In this document: positions 11,646 to 26,079 of the stretch, in pieces
Layout of the letters: every line of letters begins with the position of its first letter
Position numbering within the stretch: position 1 is the stretch's first letter
The notes under the pieces: model-generated
What the model saw: only the letters and a program-made list of their open reading frames with translations
Told to the model about the DNA's origin: nothing
The model's database searches: none
From: Eledone cirrhosa
Lineage: Eukaryota
Assembly (NCBI GenBank): GCA_964016885.1
Contig: OZ024742.1
Coordinates: 176,080,001-176,144,000 of the forward strand
Direction: 5' to 3'
Length of the DNA stretch: 64,000 bases
Made by a program: the position numbers and the translations under genes

Positions 11646-12829
11646 ATATATATATCTATATATATAATTAAAAACATAGTTTTAGTGAAACTATGTATTA
11701 TTTATTCCTTCCACTCACTGTAAATGAGGTTGGCATTGGCAAGCGCATCCAGCTGTAGATACCAAGCCAAAATTGTTTCTCTATGAGCAATGGTCACCTA
11801 AACATGGCATTACTCACAACAGGATAACTCATCTAACCTATGCTAGCGTGGAAAAGTAGACATCAAACAGGGATGATGATGATATATATAGATATAAACG
11901 AAGTTGTACCTGAAATAGTGCAGATATTTATTGAATTATTTGTGGTAGTCACAAAGAACTGAATGAGTTAACACATAAAGTTATATAATGGTGACACTTT
12001 GAATGTATGGACAAGGTGCATATAGCCATAGTATATAGCCACAACAACACCAAATACCAACAGGTCAAAGGCACATTTGAACCAATTCAGTTTCTGCAGC
12101 CTCAAAAATGTGCCTTACAAATTGCAACATTCATATACAATTCCTAAGTACATCTAGCAGTTGTTATGCAAAAGTTCAGGAACTCTTCTGTTAGCAGGTA
12201 TTTGTTAATTATATCACGAAGAGGCAGGTTAATGACATACTGTAGTAGTAGTCATTCCTACAGAGTCACGTGATCTCTCTCAAAAGAGGAAGCTCACTTG
12301 ACAAACTTTTAGGTGGCTACTTCCAAGGGTGAATAGAACAGAGATATTTTTAGATTCAAAATTAAGTTCTCAACTAGTAATTAATTATAAATGAATTAAA
12401 CACTAAATTATTAATCAATTTAAAGTTAGGAGAATATTATTATATGATATATAAATAGAAGTTGCAACTACATTAGGGTAGATACCAATCAAATTATTTG
12501 AGGCACCCAGAGCACTCAATGGTGCAAACAGTTAATAAATATCTTGACCTGTTAACACATAAAGTTATATTAATGTAACACCATGAATATATCGACTAGG
12601 TATATGTAGCCATAGTATATAACCAAAACAATATCAAATAACAACAAATAGAAGACTCACCTAGACCGATTTGGTTGCAGGAACCCTGTTAAAAGTGCAT
12701 TCTGAGTTGAAATATGCATATGCCAGTTGTAAGTGCACCTTGCAGTTATTATTCAATATATATATACTTTAATCAACATTAATATTTTATGTTTGATTTT
12801 TTTTTTTTTTTACTTCTTGCAAATTTTCA

Positions 12830-13912
12830 CACCCAGTAGGTCTTTGAGAAATCTTGGGCGTACTTCCGAGGGGTAAATTCTTGCTTTGTAGACCTTGTAT
12901 GACCATGTTTCATTGGACCGGCTGTAGAGGTTCTGCAAGGGTATGGGATTGATGGTCAGCTTCTTATTGCCTTGATGTCTCTATATGAATGCCTGAGTAT
13001 TTGCGTTCAGATAAATGTTGCTGAATTTAAACCATTCAATATGGGAGTTGTATTCTGTCAAGGGTGCATATTGTCACCCCTCCTATTCATTATTTTCATG
13101 AACAGGATTGACATGTGCAGTCAGGTTGGAAGAGCTATCATGACTGGCTACTGTAGTATCAGTCGGCTGGATGACATGGTATTATTTAACTCAACAGAAT
13201 GTGATCTTTGACTTACACTTCATAGGTTTGATGCTGAGTGCTGCATGGCTGGAATGAACATCAGTGCTGCAAAAACTGAGATACTCGTCCTCTCAAGGAA
13301 GCTTGCATAGTGCACTCTACCTGTGAATGGAGTTCCCTTGATGCAGATAGAGAAGTTCTAGTATCTCAGAGTTGTGTTCACAAGTGATGGAAAGCAGGAG
13401 ACTCATATAGGTGGAAGAATTGCAGGAGCTGGTGCAATTATGAGCCAAACTCAACATTTGGTAATCAGAAGGAAGGAAGTTAGATGTAAAAGCCAAACTC
13501 ACTATCTTCATTTAGTATTAATGCCAATTCTGAAAAATGCTCATGAATTTTGGGTAACGACTAAAAGAATACGATCAAATACAAGTGGCTAAAATGAGGT
13601 TCATCAGAAGGGTCTTTGCTCCAAGTAGAGCCACTATTTCTTTGAATTGAGGCATCACAGCTCCGATATTATGAGCATGTGGTTAGAATGACTCAGGAAA
13701 ATGCGCTGGACAGATTTTGTGGGAGAAAGCAACTGGGAGCAGACTCAAGGGTAGACCCCCCAAGCAAGATGGTTGGACAAAATCCATTACCTTGTTTGGT
13801 CTCAGTTGTGGATCCAGTCAGATCAATTAGAAATCTTTGCTTCTGACAGGACCCACTGGAAGGAGTGTTTGAGGACTCTGCCCCCATGACCCTCTCAGGA
13901 ATAAGTTGGCAA
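12830..13912 (+). mobile_element. Decayed RTE-clade LINE, 3' half of RT plus 3' end
   Basis: QGCILSPLLFIIFM, DDMVL, GMNISAAKTE, KF*YL motifs; 3' end ATGACCCTCTCAGGAATA shared with 35720-35946. Confidence 0.8.
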
Positions 13913-14390
13913 AGTAAAATATATGTATGTGTATGTACATATGTATGTATCTATGTGTGTGTGTGTATGTGTAGTGAGCTGTGCAGTTTATTTCTAGTGC
14001 ATGTGGTTCAGGGCAAGGTAAGAAGAATAAGTTATAGGGAGCTAAGTGGGAGAAGCTAGAATATAATAAAATACAATGTGATAAACCTTGATTAGTAAAT
14101 GCTATACGTTTTGTATTTTATTGTTAATTTATGGGAAGGTAGAGGTATGGGAGGATGACTATGTGAGAGTTAATGTTATAATTAAAGTCAGGGTTAGATT
14201 TAGAATTCGAAATAGGAGTAGGATTTGTAAAGTTACCATGAATGGTCGTGTAGCTAGTCTTGTTGCCGCGTTAATATTTTTCACTTGATAGTGGGTGCTT
14301 TCGAATTATAATCTTTCATCAGATTATATCATCATCATCATCATCATCATCGTTTAACGTCTATCTTCCACGCTAGCATGGCTTGTATAT

Positions 14391-14426
<36 letters not shown>

Positions 14427-14465
14427 GCAAAAGTTATATTTAAAGTTGTTGGGATACAACAAGTA

Positions 14466-14710
<245 letters not shown>

Positions 14711-14808
14711 CTCTACTAATGTATTGAGTACCTTACTTACTGTGGTTTCCCCAGATTGAACCTAGGACTCACACAAACAGACACACAGACACAAACAGAC
14801 ACACACAG

Positions 14809-14860
<52 letters not shown>

Positions 14861-14867
<7 letters not shown>

Positions 14868-15367
14868 AATAGGATTTAGCTTCAAGCATAGCTGTATACA
14901 GATATGTATAGAAATTTCGTATTTCTAAAGAAATACGGTATGTTTACAGGGTAAACATTTAGGAAGCCGTAGCTATGCAAAACACCGGGGCTAGCGCCCT
15001 CTAACACTCGAGAATATTTCTTTAGAAATACGAAATTTCTATACATATCTGTATACATTGATACTTGAAGCTAAATCCTATTTCTATTCTAAGTTGAGCC
15101 AACTTAGGCAGCTTCATATGCAAATGAGATTAATCACCTCATTTACACAGACGTGAAAACTATATATTATCCACTTGTTCTCAAGTCTAGCAGTCGCAAA
15201 TGTGGGAGATATCGTCCTGATGAAGATTAGTTAAGTCTGAAATGCATAGACAATTGTCCCCCTTGCTTCTGCTGGACACCACCAGAGGACATTAGCCCCG
15301 GTGTTTTGCATAGCTACGGCTTCCTAAATGTTTACCCTGTAAACATACCGTAAATGAAATTTCTATA
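14861..15367 (+). mobile_element. HHR-bearing non-coding element (family C) with 5' inversion, in (TA)n
   Basis: 14861-14995 is the reverse complement of 15292-15352 joined to 15018-15088; homologous to 17030-17465 and 41614-41690. Confidence 0.8.
15211..15254 (+). ncRNA. Minimal type-I hammerhead ribozyme
   Basis: atcgtc-CTGATGA-agat(tagttaa)gtct-GAAA-tgca-TA-gacaat; palindromic ATGCAT stem III; one stem I mismatch. Confidence 0.78.
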
Positions 15368-15462
15368 CACACACACACATATATATATATATTTTTTTTA
15401 AATATATATATATATATATATATATGTATTTGTACATATATATGTATATATATTTGTACATA

Positions 15463-15524
<62 letters not shown>

Positions 15525-15584
15525 CATCTTCATCATCATCGTTTAACTTCCATTTTCCATGCTAGCATGGTTTGTATATATGCA

Positions 15585-15631
<47 letters not shown>

Positions 15632-15635
15632 ATAG

Positions 15636-16075
15636 AAGTGGTTACACAACAGTTAGTTCACCATACCGAGAACAATTGTTTCATCTTCTGAAGAGATTAC
15701 GCAATAACGATTGCCTAAACTGAAGATTTGAATTCTTCGCACGTTTTCCACATGTCTGGAAACACCTCTTACATAACAAAAACACTCCGGATTGAATTAC
15801 AACAACATCCTAATTTTCTTATCAACTAGAAACTTACGGACTTTGGCAGTTATCTCCCTTACACCCCTCGCACGCAATTTAGTATTGCCTGAGTGAAGTG
15901 ACCGTTTCTACGCATCCGCGTTTCTACGGTTGTCCTTCCTGTTCCGTATAATCATGTCCATTATGAGCAGAGGATCCGCTAAGGTGAAACAATTGTTCTC
16001 GGTATGGCGAACTAACTGTCCCATGGAACGAGTGCTATACGACTACGGATATTACCTTCCAGTGTTCTACCACTA
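15636..16075 (+). mobile_element. pLTR-like insertion with ~35-bp inversion and degenerate HHR-like motif
   Basis: 15649-15687 inverted vs 15981-16019; gag-CAGAGGA-tccgctaaggt-GAAA-caattg-TT-ctc at 15965-16000; TA flanks. Confidence 0.5.
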
Positions 16076-16089
16076 TATATATATATAAT

Positions 16090-17010
16090 TTTGATAACCT
16101 CGAGAGGTTTCAGCCAGTATTGGCCCAGGCTATATCTAACTTAATAGCTCCACCTGGCGAAGTCTTTCCAATCAGGATTTGTTTACAGAGACATATCCAG
16201 ATGTAGGAAGTTTATCCGTGATTTCTTGGAGTTATTTGTCCAAAGATATTTTAACTGTATGGGATCCGTATCTGTTTCAATGTGTTTTGGTGCAGGACCA
16301 GTTGATGTGAAATAATTGTGCTGTAATCTTGTTATAAGCTACGAGTTTAAGTTCTAAATATAAATATATAAATTTCTTTTCAAAAAATAAATTAACATAA
16401 TTCATAATACAGGGCCCAAGTCTTAGTTGAACTTTAAAGTTGATGCCATCATCATTTGGGCAACACTAATGGAATATTTTCCACATCCTGCAAACTATGT
16501 ACCGCACATGGAGGCGTTGGAGAGAGTTGAGTTTGAGCTTTTCTAGTCAACCCCAATATTCAAGGCCTGTTATGCCATCTATCTTTGTGATTGGCCTTCG
16601 AAGTGCTTCAATTTTCATAATGCTTTGTTTCATGTGAGGAAACCATAGTAGACAACAGTATTCAAGGTGGGATTGGGAAAAAGTAGAGAAGAGAAGTATA
16701 ATGGTGTGGATATGTCTCTAATGGAAAGTTTCTAGAATCCACGAACACATCCTGCGGGTTATCATCTTTGATGTTTATATGAGTGGCCCAGCTTATGTTG
16801 TTATCAATATTTACTCCCAGGTCTCTGATGTTGTTGGATGCCATGAGTGTTTCACTTGAGGTAAAGGAATATGAATGTTTCAGTGCATCCTCTTTTCTAA
16901 AGTGAATTAATTTGAATTTATCCTCATTCAGCAGCATATTGTCTTTTTCTGCCCACTGGATAACAGCTAGTAGAAGGATTGAAGGCATATCTGGTCTCCC
17001 ACTCCAGTGA
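16090..17010 (-). mobile_element. Decayed CR1/L2-type LINE, 3' fragment
   Basis: QWAEKDNMLLNEDKFKLIHF..IRDLGVNIDNNISWATHI, LEYCCLLWFPH, LEKLKLNSLQR motifs typical of CR1-group RT C-terminus. Confidence 0.8.
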
Positions 17011-17029
17011 TGACATATATATAAATATT

Positions 17030-17464
17030 GAATTTCGTATTCCTACAGAAATACGGTATGTTTATAAATAAACATTTAGAAAGCTATAGCTATGAATAAC
17101 ATGCTGGTAGCTAACACACCCAGGTGGTGCCTGGCAGGAGCCAACTTATACAGCTTCATATGCAAATGAGATTAATCACCTCATTTACACAGATGAATAT
17201 ATATATTTTCGGCTGTTTTCAAAGTCCGGCAGCTGCAAGAGCGGGAGAGATCGTCCTGATGAGAATTAGTTCAGTTCGAAAAGTATCGACGATTGTCCCC
17301 CTTGCTTCTGCTAGGTATGGCCTGGTGGCATTAGCTACCAGTATGTTATTCATAGCTATGGCTTTCTAAATGTTTATTTATAAAAATAACGTATTTCTTT
17401 AGAAATACGAAATTGAACTACATATTTGTATACAGTTATGTTGGAAGCTAAATTCTAATTCTAT

Positions 17465-17465
<1 letters not shown>
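17030..17465 (+). mobile_element. Second family C element with 5' inversion
   Basis: Homologous to 14861-15367; 17030-17113 inverted vs about 17330-17415. Confidence 0.8.
17250..17293 (+). ncRNA. Minimal type-I hammerhead ribozyme (stem III palindrome broken)
   Basis: atcgtc-CTGATGA-gaat(tagttca)gttc-GAAA-agta-TC-gacgat; perfect 6-bp stem I; stem II covaries with the 15211 copy. Confidence 0.72.
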
Positions 17466-17507
<42 letters not shown>

Positions 17508-17526
17508 CTGTGTGTGTGTGTGTGGC

Positions 17527-17569
<43 letters not shown>

Positions 17570-17869
17570 TAATAAAAGATCGGAGGGCATATTTAGTTGA
17601 TTCAGGTTTATTTAAAACTCCGTTATACATATTTAACTGAGGATAGTTAAGATAACCTGAGCTCTTCGAAGGGCAAAGCCTAAAATAAATATTGAAAGTT
17701 CCTAAGAATCCTTTAAATTTGGAAAAATCCAATTATTTCCCTGAAAAATATTTTCTTTTCATGATACAGGGGGCCGAGAGAAAATATGTTTGATAGACCA
17801 CTGACAGACAAAATGGGTGTAACAATTATAGCATTAAATCAAACATAGGTTAGTTTACAAATCTTTTAA

Positions 17870-18074
17870 CCCTTTAGCATTTACAATGCTCTATATATAC
17901 TATTGTATTTTCATGGTAAAAGCTTTACCACTTATCTCACATAATATTGAATCTATAGAATGTTGATATTATTTATTTTGAGAACAATACTTTAATATGA
18001 GTATAAGCAGCCGGTTTGAAGAGAAAGAGGTGAGAAAATTCTGACCCGATGTGGCCGGTTTAAATGCTAAAGGT
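17870..18074. mobile_element. piggyBac-like MITE
   Basis: TTAA|CCCTTTAGCATTTA ... TAAATGCTAAAGGT|TTAA; homologous inverted copy at 23690-23883. Confidence 0.75.
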
Positions 18075-19142
18075 TTAATTTATAAACAAAGTAACATAAT
18101 TTTTGTAAGCTCTACCAAACCTTTTTACTGCTTTCCACCTAGGAAATTCTATAACACTTAAACATTGGCTATAGCAAATATACTTGTGTGGTTAAAAACA
18201 TTACTTTGCAACATGATTTCAGGGTTTGCATTTTTACTTTTTTTTCTGTTGGTACAATATAGATGAATATTTAATGAATTTGCTTCACAAATTATATTTC
18301 ACTGCATGACATCTTAAATAAGTGACATCTTCTATAAATGTGGGCTTGCCAAAACCTTGTGTGTCAAATTGGATAGCTGGAAAGTGTTCGGAAGTTTGTC
18401 TAATGAACTGTACCTTTAATTCATATGGTCAGTCTTGCCACACCCTGTGCTGCATCTTGGAAAAATATTTTCCATCATATTCATGGATTTATCAATACCT
18501 TATGAGTAGAATGTGGTTATCAGAAATTGTGCAAAAAATAACATCATATATTTTTTCCCATTGGTTGCTGATCGAATGGAAACACTGTAGAGTTAAAAGC
18601 ACTGTTTAATTATGGTAAATTCATGGGAATGCCTCTGGGTGCCATGATAAAATACAACCTGTATATATTGGTGTTAGGAAGAGAATCCAACTGTAGAATT
18701 GATGCCAGCAATGGAATATACATATATAAACAAAAGGTGTGATATTTGTCCTTTATATGGTAAACTGAGAGAAAAAAGTAATGTAGAACCAAGTCTATTT
18801 TCTACCATAATTATAAATATACAACCCAATCTAAAAAACTAAATTAAAGAGAAGCAGTCAAACACTCACAAATATAAATAAATACTTACATCTTGTTTAG
18901 ATATATCCAGTGAAATGTAGTTATTGATACTATGCAATGATACCAGCAATTTTCCTTGCTAAAGCTGAGGTTGGTTTTGAGTATTCAATGATGTATGTGA
19001 TCAAACTACACATGTAGCAGTAATTTATGACTGGATGCCTTTCCTGTGGCCAAAGAGTCTTCTCTGCAAATGATAATAAAGAATATATTCTATTGATGTA
19101 TCCCAACGCTTTCATTGTATATAAGTTCACATTTATCTCACT

Positions 19143-19510
19143 CGGGCGGTGGATTGGCAGTAACAGCAGAGGGTCAGACGCCATGCTTTCCAGCATAGTT
19201 ACACCCCTTTACCATCTGAGTTCAAATCCCGCCGAGGTTGACTTTGCCTTTCATCCTTACGGGGTCGATAAAATAAAGTACCAGTAATACACTGGGTAAT
19301 TGCTGGCCTTGTGCCTAAAGTAGAAACAATTATTTATCTCACTCAAGGGTGGTGGATTGGCAAATCAGTAGAACATCAAACATGCTTTGTAACATAGATA
19401 TGGCCCTTTACACTCTGCGTTCAATCCTTACGAGGTCGATAAAATAAAATAAAATACCAGTAATGCACTGGGATAATTGCTGGCCTGTGCCAAAAGTAGA
19501 AACAATTATT
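19143..19510 (+). mobile_element. Two tandem tRNA-derived (CORE-like) SINE copies
   Basis: GAGTTCAAATCCCGCCGAGGTTGACTTTGCCTTTCATCC..GGGGTCGATAAAATAAAGTACCAGT; second copy 19346-19510 is internally deleted. Confidence 0.8.
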
Positions 19511-19592
19511 TATCTTACTCTTTTTTATCTTATTACTCACTTTCCTCTCATTACTCCAACTGAACCACACCTCATACCACCACCAACATAGC

Positions 19593-20483
<891 letters not shown>

Positions 20484-21409
20484 CGAACACTACCGACATG
20501 AGCAATTAAGTATGAAATGTATACTGTTTGAACTAGTCATCATAATCATTGTATGTCTGCTTTCCATGCCTGTATGGATCGGATAGGTTGTCATAATCTG
20601 AGACCAGATAGGTCTGAGTGACCTGTCTACCTCATTCCTTTTGTGTAATTTCTATGGTTGGATGCCCTTTCTAATGTCAACCACCTTACAGAGTGTACTG
20701 GGTGCGTTTATTTATGGCATAATCACTACAGCTTTACAGGGTGTATTGGGTTGTGTTTTTTATGGCTCCAACACTAACACTTTACATGATGTACTGTGTG
20801 AATTTTTATCACAGCACAAGTACTAGAGAGGAGGTCATATTCTTTTCCAGACTGAAGGATCTTCTCAATCTTTCTATCATCTCTGTTTAATCACCAGCAT
20901 TGTAGCCTCATTTAATGTTATTTTCATTGCCACATTTTCACTTTGTTTCACTTCATCTCTTGTTCCTGTTTACCTTTCAACTACAAACAACTATATTAAC
21001 AACTATATTAACTGCAACACCAAATAAAGAAGCATATTCTTTTTAAAGAAAAATCTATTTATTAAATTGGTGCACAATACATCATTACAATTTCCCTAGA
21101 GATCATAACTATTGCTGTGTTATAAGAACATTAACAACTAAAAGGCCACTTGTGTGTGTGTGGATGCTTCATGTCTAAATTGCTAAGGAGTTTGCTTCAT
21201 AATCATTAGTTCTTGAGTTCAAGCCCACTATATAGTATCATGGGTGCCATTTACCATAACCTTAGGTTGACCTGTATTAAAACTGAGTGAAACTGAGAAG
21301 AGGGGGAACTGTTAAAAAGCACATAAGATAGATTATAACTGTAATTAAAAAGGCTAATCTTGTGAAACGCACTGTGCCATGCTGAATTTCTCTGATAATT
21401 ACATTAAAG

Positions 21410-22748
21410 CAGAGTTTCTCAAACATTTTGGGCCACCTCCCCCCTCAGGGCCATGTAATACCTTCAGAGAGACTTGCCTACACGCAAATTTTAAATAATA
21501 TATAATAAATAAAATCGTAAATTTATATATCATCATCATCATCATCATCACTGTTTTACGTCCCTTCTTCCACGCTAGCATGGGTTAGACGGGTTGTCCT
21601 GTTATGGGCAGTCCCCGGTCAACTGACCTTGTCTTGCTAATACGGGAACTGATTTTGGCTAGATTTCTACAACTGGATGACCTTCCTAACACCAACCTCA
21701 TTTACTGTGAGTGCTGGATGGTTTTTTTTCATGGCACCTACACGACCACTTTGCAGTGTGGGCTGGGTGCTTTTTGTCGTGGCACCTCCACGACCACTTT
21801 GCATTGGAAGGGGGTGGGGGAATATTGTCTATATGCTTCAGCTTCGGCTTGTACCCGGGGGAAGTCGGGTCTTCTATTACTGCATCACGCGAGAGTCACA
21901 GTCCTGCAGCATCGCCTGAGAGAGGTGCAATTGTGGAAGGTCGGATTTTATCACCTCATCCCAAGTCTTCTTGGGTCTCCCCACTCCAGGGCTGCCATCA
22001 ACTTCTAGTGCTCTGCACCTTTTTATGCGGCTTTTTATGTCATCCTTCATACACATCACATGTCCATACCAACGTAACCTCCTCTTCTGCACACAACAGT
22101 TGATACCTCTTATGCTCAGTCTCTCTCTCAATTCGTTTATACTTTGCCGTTCACGTATATTACTATTACACATCCATCGGAGCATGCAAGCTCCATTTCT
22201 TTCTAATCAACGTAATTCTTCTACACACAACGCCCAGGTCTCAATGCCATGTAACATTGATGTTCATATGAATGCATCATACAGTCTGCCTTTCATTTTG
22301 AGGGAAAAGTCTTTTGCAGCTAGCAGTGGCAGTAGCTCCCTGAACTTCTTCCATCCCATTCTTACCCTGGCTACTGTACTTTCCGAACACCCACCTCCAC
22401 TGCTAATTTGGTCACCTAGGTAGCAAAAGCTGCCTACTGTTTCTACAGAGCCCTCCCAGAGTTTGGTGGTGCTTGTTTCCTGCAACCGATTGTTGCTTGC
22501 TGTCCCGGTGCAGCTGCTGCATGTAAAGCCTATATATAATAAATAATATAATATATACTATGTATAAATAAATATATATGTTTTATTTTACTACATTTAT
22601 ATATAATAACTATCATTTGTTATTTAATATACTTTTATATCATCTCTACTGCGCACTGCCCCACTTAGGCTACAGCCTCCATTGGTCCTCTCGAGCCCCC
22701 CCCCCCCCCCCTGAGGGAGAGGGGTAGTGCCCATTTTGAGAACCTCGG
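21410..22748. mobile_element. hAT-like MITE interrupted by an RTE fragment
   Basis: TIRs CAGAGTTTCTCAAAC / TTTTGAGAACCTCGG (12/15); 8-bp TSD-like cattaaag / ctttaaag. Confidence 0.65.
21528..22531 (-). mobile_element. 5'-truncated RTE-clade LINE with (GAT)n tail
   Basis: SFCYLGDQISSGGGC..RVRMGWKKFRELLPLL..KGRLY, MLRWMC, RRLRWYGHV, GRPKKTW; (CAT)n at 21528-21551. Confidence 0.88.
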
Positions 22749-23689
22749 CTTTAAAGGAACACGTGTCTGTGCAATATTCAGCAACTTAAATGCTAATTTC
22801 ATGAACAGGCTGTTTCATTTTTCGAACAATTGGAACACCCAATCATTGAAACCAGCAATAATTTGCTCACTTTCTGTGTGTATACATATATGTGCACACT
22901 TAAATTCGTTTTAAAAAAAATAATTTATCAGAAATGAGTATGGTACACCATTTTCAGCCATGTTGTTTTTATGTCTTTCATGAATCAAATGAAAAATACG
23001 TTTTTAAAACTATTTTCATAGGTCAAACTGCAAAGATATTAATCAAGAGAAGATGAATTTTATCAAGTACTAATGCTGTATTAGTTTTGGTTATCATCAA
23101 CAATTAGTCACAGTCATGAAAGTCAACAACATTAGAATAATCAGCTATTTTATTTACAAAAAGGAATAAATTACCAATTGATATTTAAAAACAAATTTAC
23201 ATATTTAGCCATTTCTTCTTCTCAAATGAAATGTCGTTAGGTACAACTTCTTAAAGTTATTAATTGCAAAATAATGACGCAATATGAAATAACCAAAATA
23301 TGGAGTTGACAGAAGACAAATAAACAATTTTACAACTATATCAGAATGATAATGATAGAGTAAAAATGGATTTTTTTTATCACGATAGAAAGGCAGACAA
23401 TGAATTTGTTAAATATATTTAAGAATATTACATAAAAAAAAATGTAATTCTTTATTCTTCAACTAGTTTTTAGCCATTCAACTATGGCCATGCTGGGTCA
23501 ATTTCATCAGGGTAATTGTTTTTTTTTTTTTTTGCTTTTTTAGGGTGGGGGTACAACATTTTCTGTTCATAAGAGAAAGACAGACAGAGGAAGAAATCAA
23601 GCCAGATAGATAGATAGATAGAGACTGAAATAAAAAGAACAAGCAAGTAAAGTAAATGTTACATGATACATAGATACATAGACAGTTAA

Positions 23690-23883
23690 CCATTTAGCAT
23701 ATAAAGTAGCCATATCTGGCCAGAATTCTCTCACCTCTTTCAGTTCAAATAGGTTGTAACCAGCCACTCATACTTATGTTAAGGTATTGTTCTCAAAATA
23801 AATAACATCAAAATCTCATAGATTCGATATTATTTACCTTGAAAATACAATAGTAAATATAGAGTAATGTAAATGCTAAAGGG
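23690..23883. mobile_element. piggyBac-like MITE, second copy
   Basis: TTAA|CCATTTAGCAT ... AAATGCTAAAGGG|TTAA. Confidence 0.75.
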
Positions 23884-24505
23884 TTAAATAGAGGCTGACA
23901 TAAGAAGAAACAAAAAAGAATGTTACTGAAAAATATGTAAAATACACCATATAGAATGATTATGCAGTTAATGCATTTGCTTTAAACCCATGTAGGCTCA
24001 GGTTCACTTCTAATTTGTAGTAATCTGGGAAAGTATCTTTTACTATAGACTTGGTTAGACAAATACTTCCGTTCAGATTTGAGTAAGCAATTAGCATGAA
24101 TATCATAGCTCATTTTAAAAGAATATTCTAATTAAAGTGATATTTTCTTTCAGATCCAATATATGCCTTAACAACCATGTATTCAAATGCATCATCATCT
24201 ACATCATCGTTATCCTCTGGATTATAATCTGGTAAGTTAGTACACCATCACAATGTAATTTTCATACTCAGAGTATCTTGAAAATAGCTTCTATATTGGT
24301 TTCACATAACGATTTTAAACCGGAGTTTCTAAATGTGAGGCCCAAAACGACTTGTATATATATATATAAGTGTGTGTGTATGAATTGTTTCAATACAGCT
24401 TTTGAAAGCATTGTGACAATATCATAACAAATGTAAATGATTAGAAGAACAAAAAAAAAAGGAAACTTGTAACACTGAAAATTTGTAATAATATATATAT
24501 ATATG

Positions 24506-24564
<59 letters not shown>

Positions 24565-24878
24565 GAAAGGTATAGAAATTGTTTTAGCGAGAAGCTAATA
24601 GTATTCTATAACATATATGCGACTATGTCGTCAAGATGGGAAAAGTAGTTAACGTAAGATTTAGGAAAAATAATTCAAACTCATCTCAAAGAGAATCAGG
24701 ATATAAATTCACCCACAGAATTTAGTGAAATCCAGGGAAAAATCAATAGACCTTTAACTCATGATAAAATAAAGTTTAAAACACTCACACACAGACACAC
24801 ACACAGGCCGCCTACATATATATGTATATATATATGTATATATATATGTATGTATATATATATGTATATATATATGTA

Positions 24879-24950
<72 letters not shown>

Positions 24951-25164
24951 AATTTTTCGAATATTAATAATAAAATTCGATTCGTTTGCAATTATGCAAA
25001 CAAGCCTCATTTTTAAAGCCATGTCAGTAGAATGAGTCCCTCATTCTTGCTCTTGTTTGCATAATTGCAAAGGAATCGAATATTATTATTAATAATTCGA
25101 AAAACTCAGATTACATTTATTGTATTCAACCATGTAGATTTATATATATATATGTATATATATA

Positions 25165-26068
25165 CGAGGGCAATCCCAAAAGTAAGGTCTCCAAAGCGAT
25201 GCGGACGCAGGGAAACTGTTCGTACGGCTGTTGGCAACACTGTTGTGATTGGTGCTTCCTTCACTCCCAAACACGCATGCGCGCGCTTCGCTGGGATACT
25301 CAATCTTGGCTTGGCAGCCGTTGAGAATGGAGCTCCTGTTGAACGCTACGGCCAAGTGCTGAGTTCCTGCAGTTATTCGGTTTTTGAACGCCAGAGGCGT
25401 TGAACCGAATGAAATTCATCGCAAATTGACGGTAGTGTATGGATAGTCGTGCATGGATGTCAAAAACCTTCGCAAGAGGTATAGAGAGTTTACAGCCGGT
25501 CATACTGAAATTCACGACGAACAAAGGAGCAGGAGACCGTCATTATCCGACGAGACAGTCGCAAAGGTTGAGGAAAACATGCGTAAAGATCAGCGGATCA
25601 CTCTGGATGCTCTCTGCATTTTCGTTCCTGAGGTTTCCCGAAGCACCATCCACAGGATTTTAACGGAAAAATTGCGACTGTCTCGGAAATTGACAGTCTC
25701 CCGCTCCTTTATTCGTCGTGAATTTCAGTACGACCGGCTGTAAACTCTCTACACCGCTTGCGAACGTTTTGGACGTCCATGCACGACTGTCCATACACTA
25801 CCGTCAATTGGCGATGAATTTTAATCGGTTCAACACATTTTGCATTCAAAAACCGAATAACTGCGCGAACTCCGCACGTGGCGGTAGCGTTCAACGGGAG
25901 CTCCATTCTCAACGGCTGCCAAGCCAAGATTGAGCATCCCAGCGAAGCGTGCGCATGCTTGTTTGGGAGTGAAGGAAGCACCAATGACAACAGTGTTGCC
26001 AACAGCCGTACGAACAGTTTCGCTGCGTCCCCATTGCTTTGGAGACCTTACTTTTGTGATTGCCCTCG
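25165..26068. mobile_element. Palindromic mariner derivative made of two 5' ends
   Basis: TA|CGAGGGCAATC..GATTGCCCTCG|TA; ~400-bp inverted arms each encoding a mariner N-terminus (AVIRFLNA..EIHR.L..VYG..M....RK..REF..G.TEIHDE.RS). Confidence 0.9.
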
Positions 26069-26079
26069 TATATATATAT

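Larger units (their letters stand above)
21175..22860 (+). mobile_element. Old SINE split by a hAT-like MITE insertion
   Basis: tRNA-like head (GAGTTCAAGCCC near 21215); SINE body appears to resume across the MITE (..gataattacattaaag | gaacacgtgtctgtg..aatttcatgaacaggctg). Confidence 0.55.
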
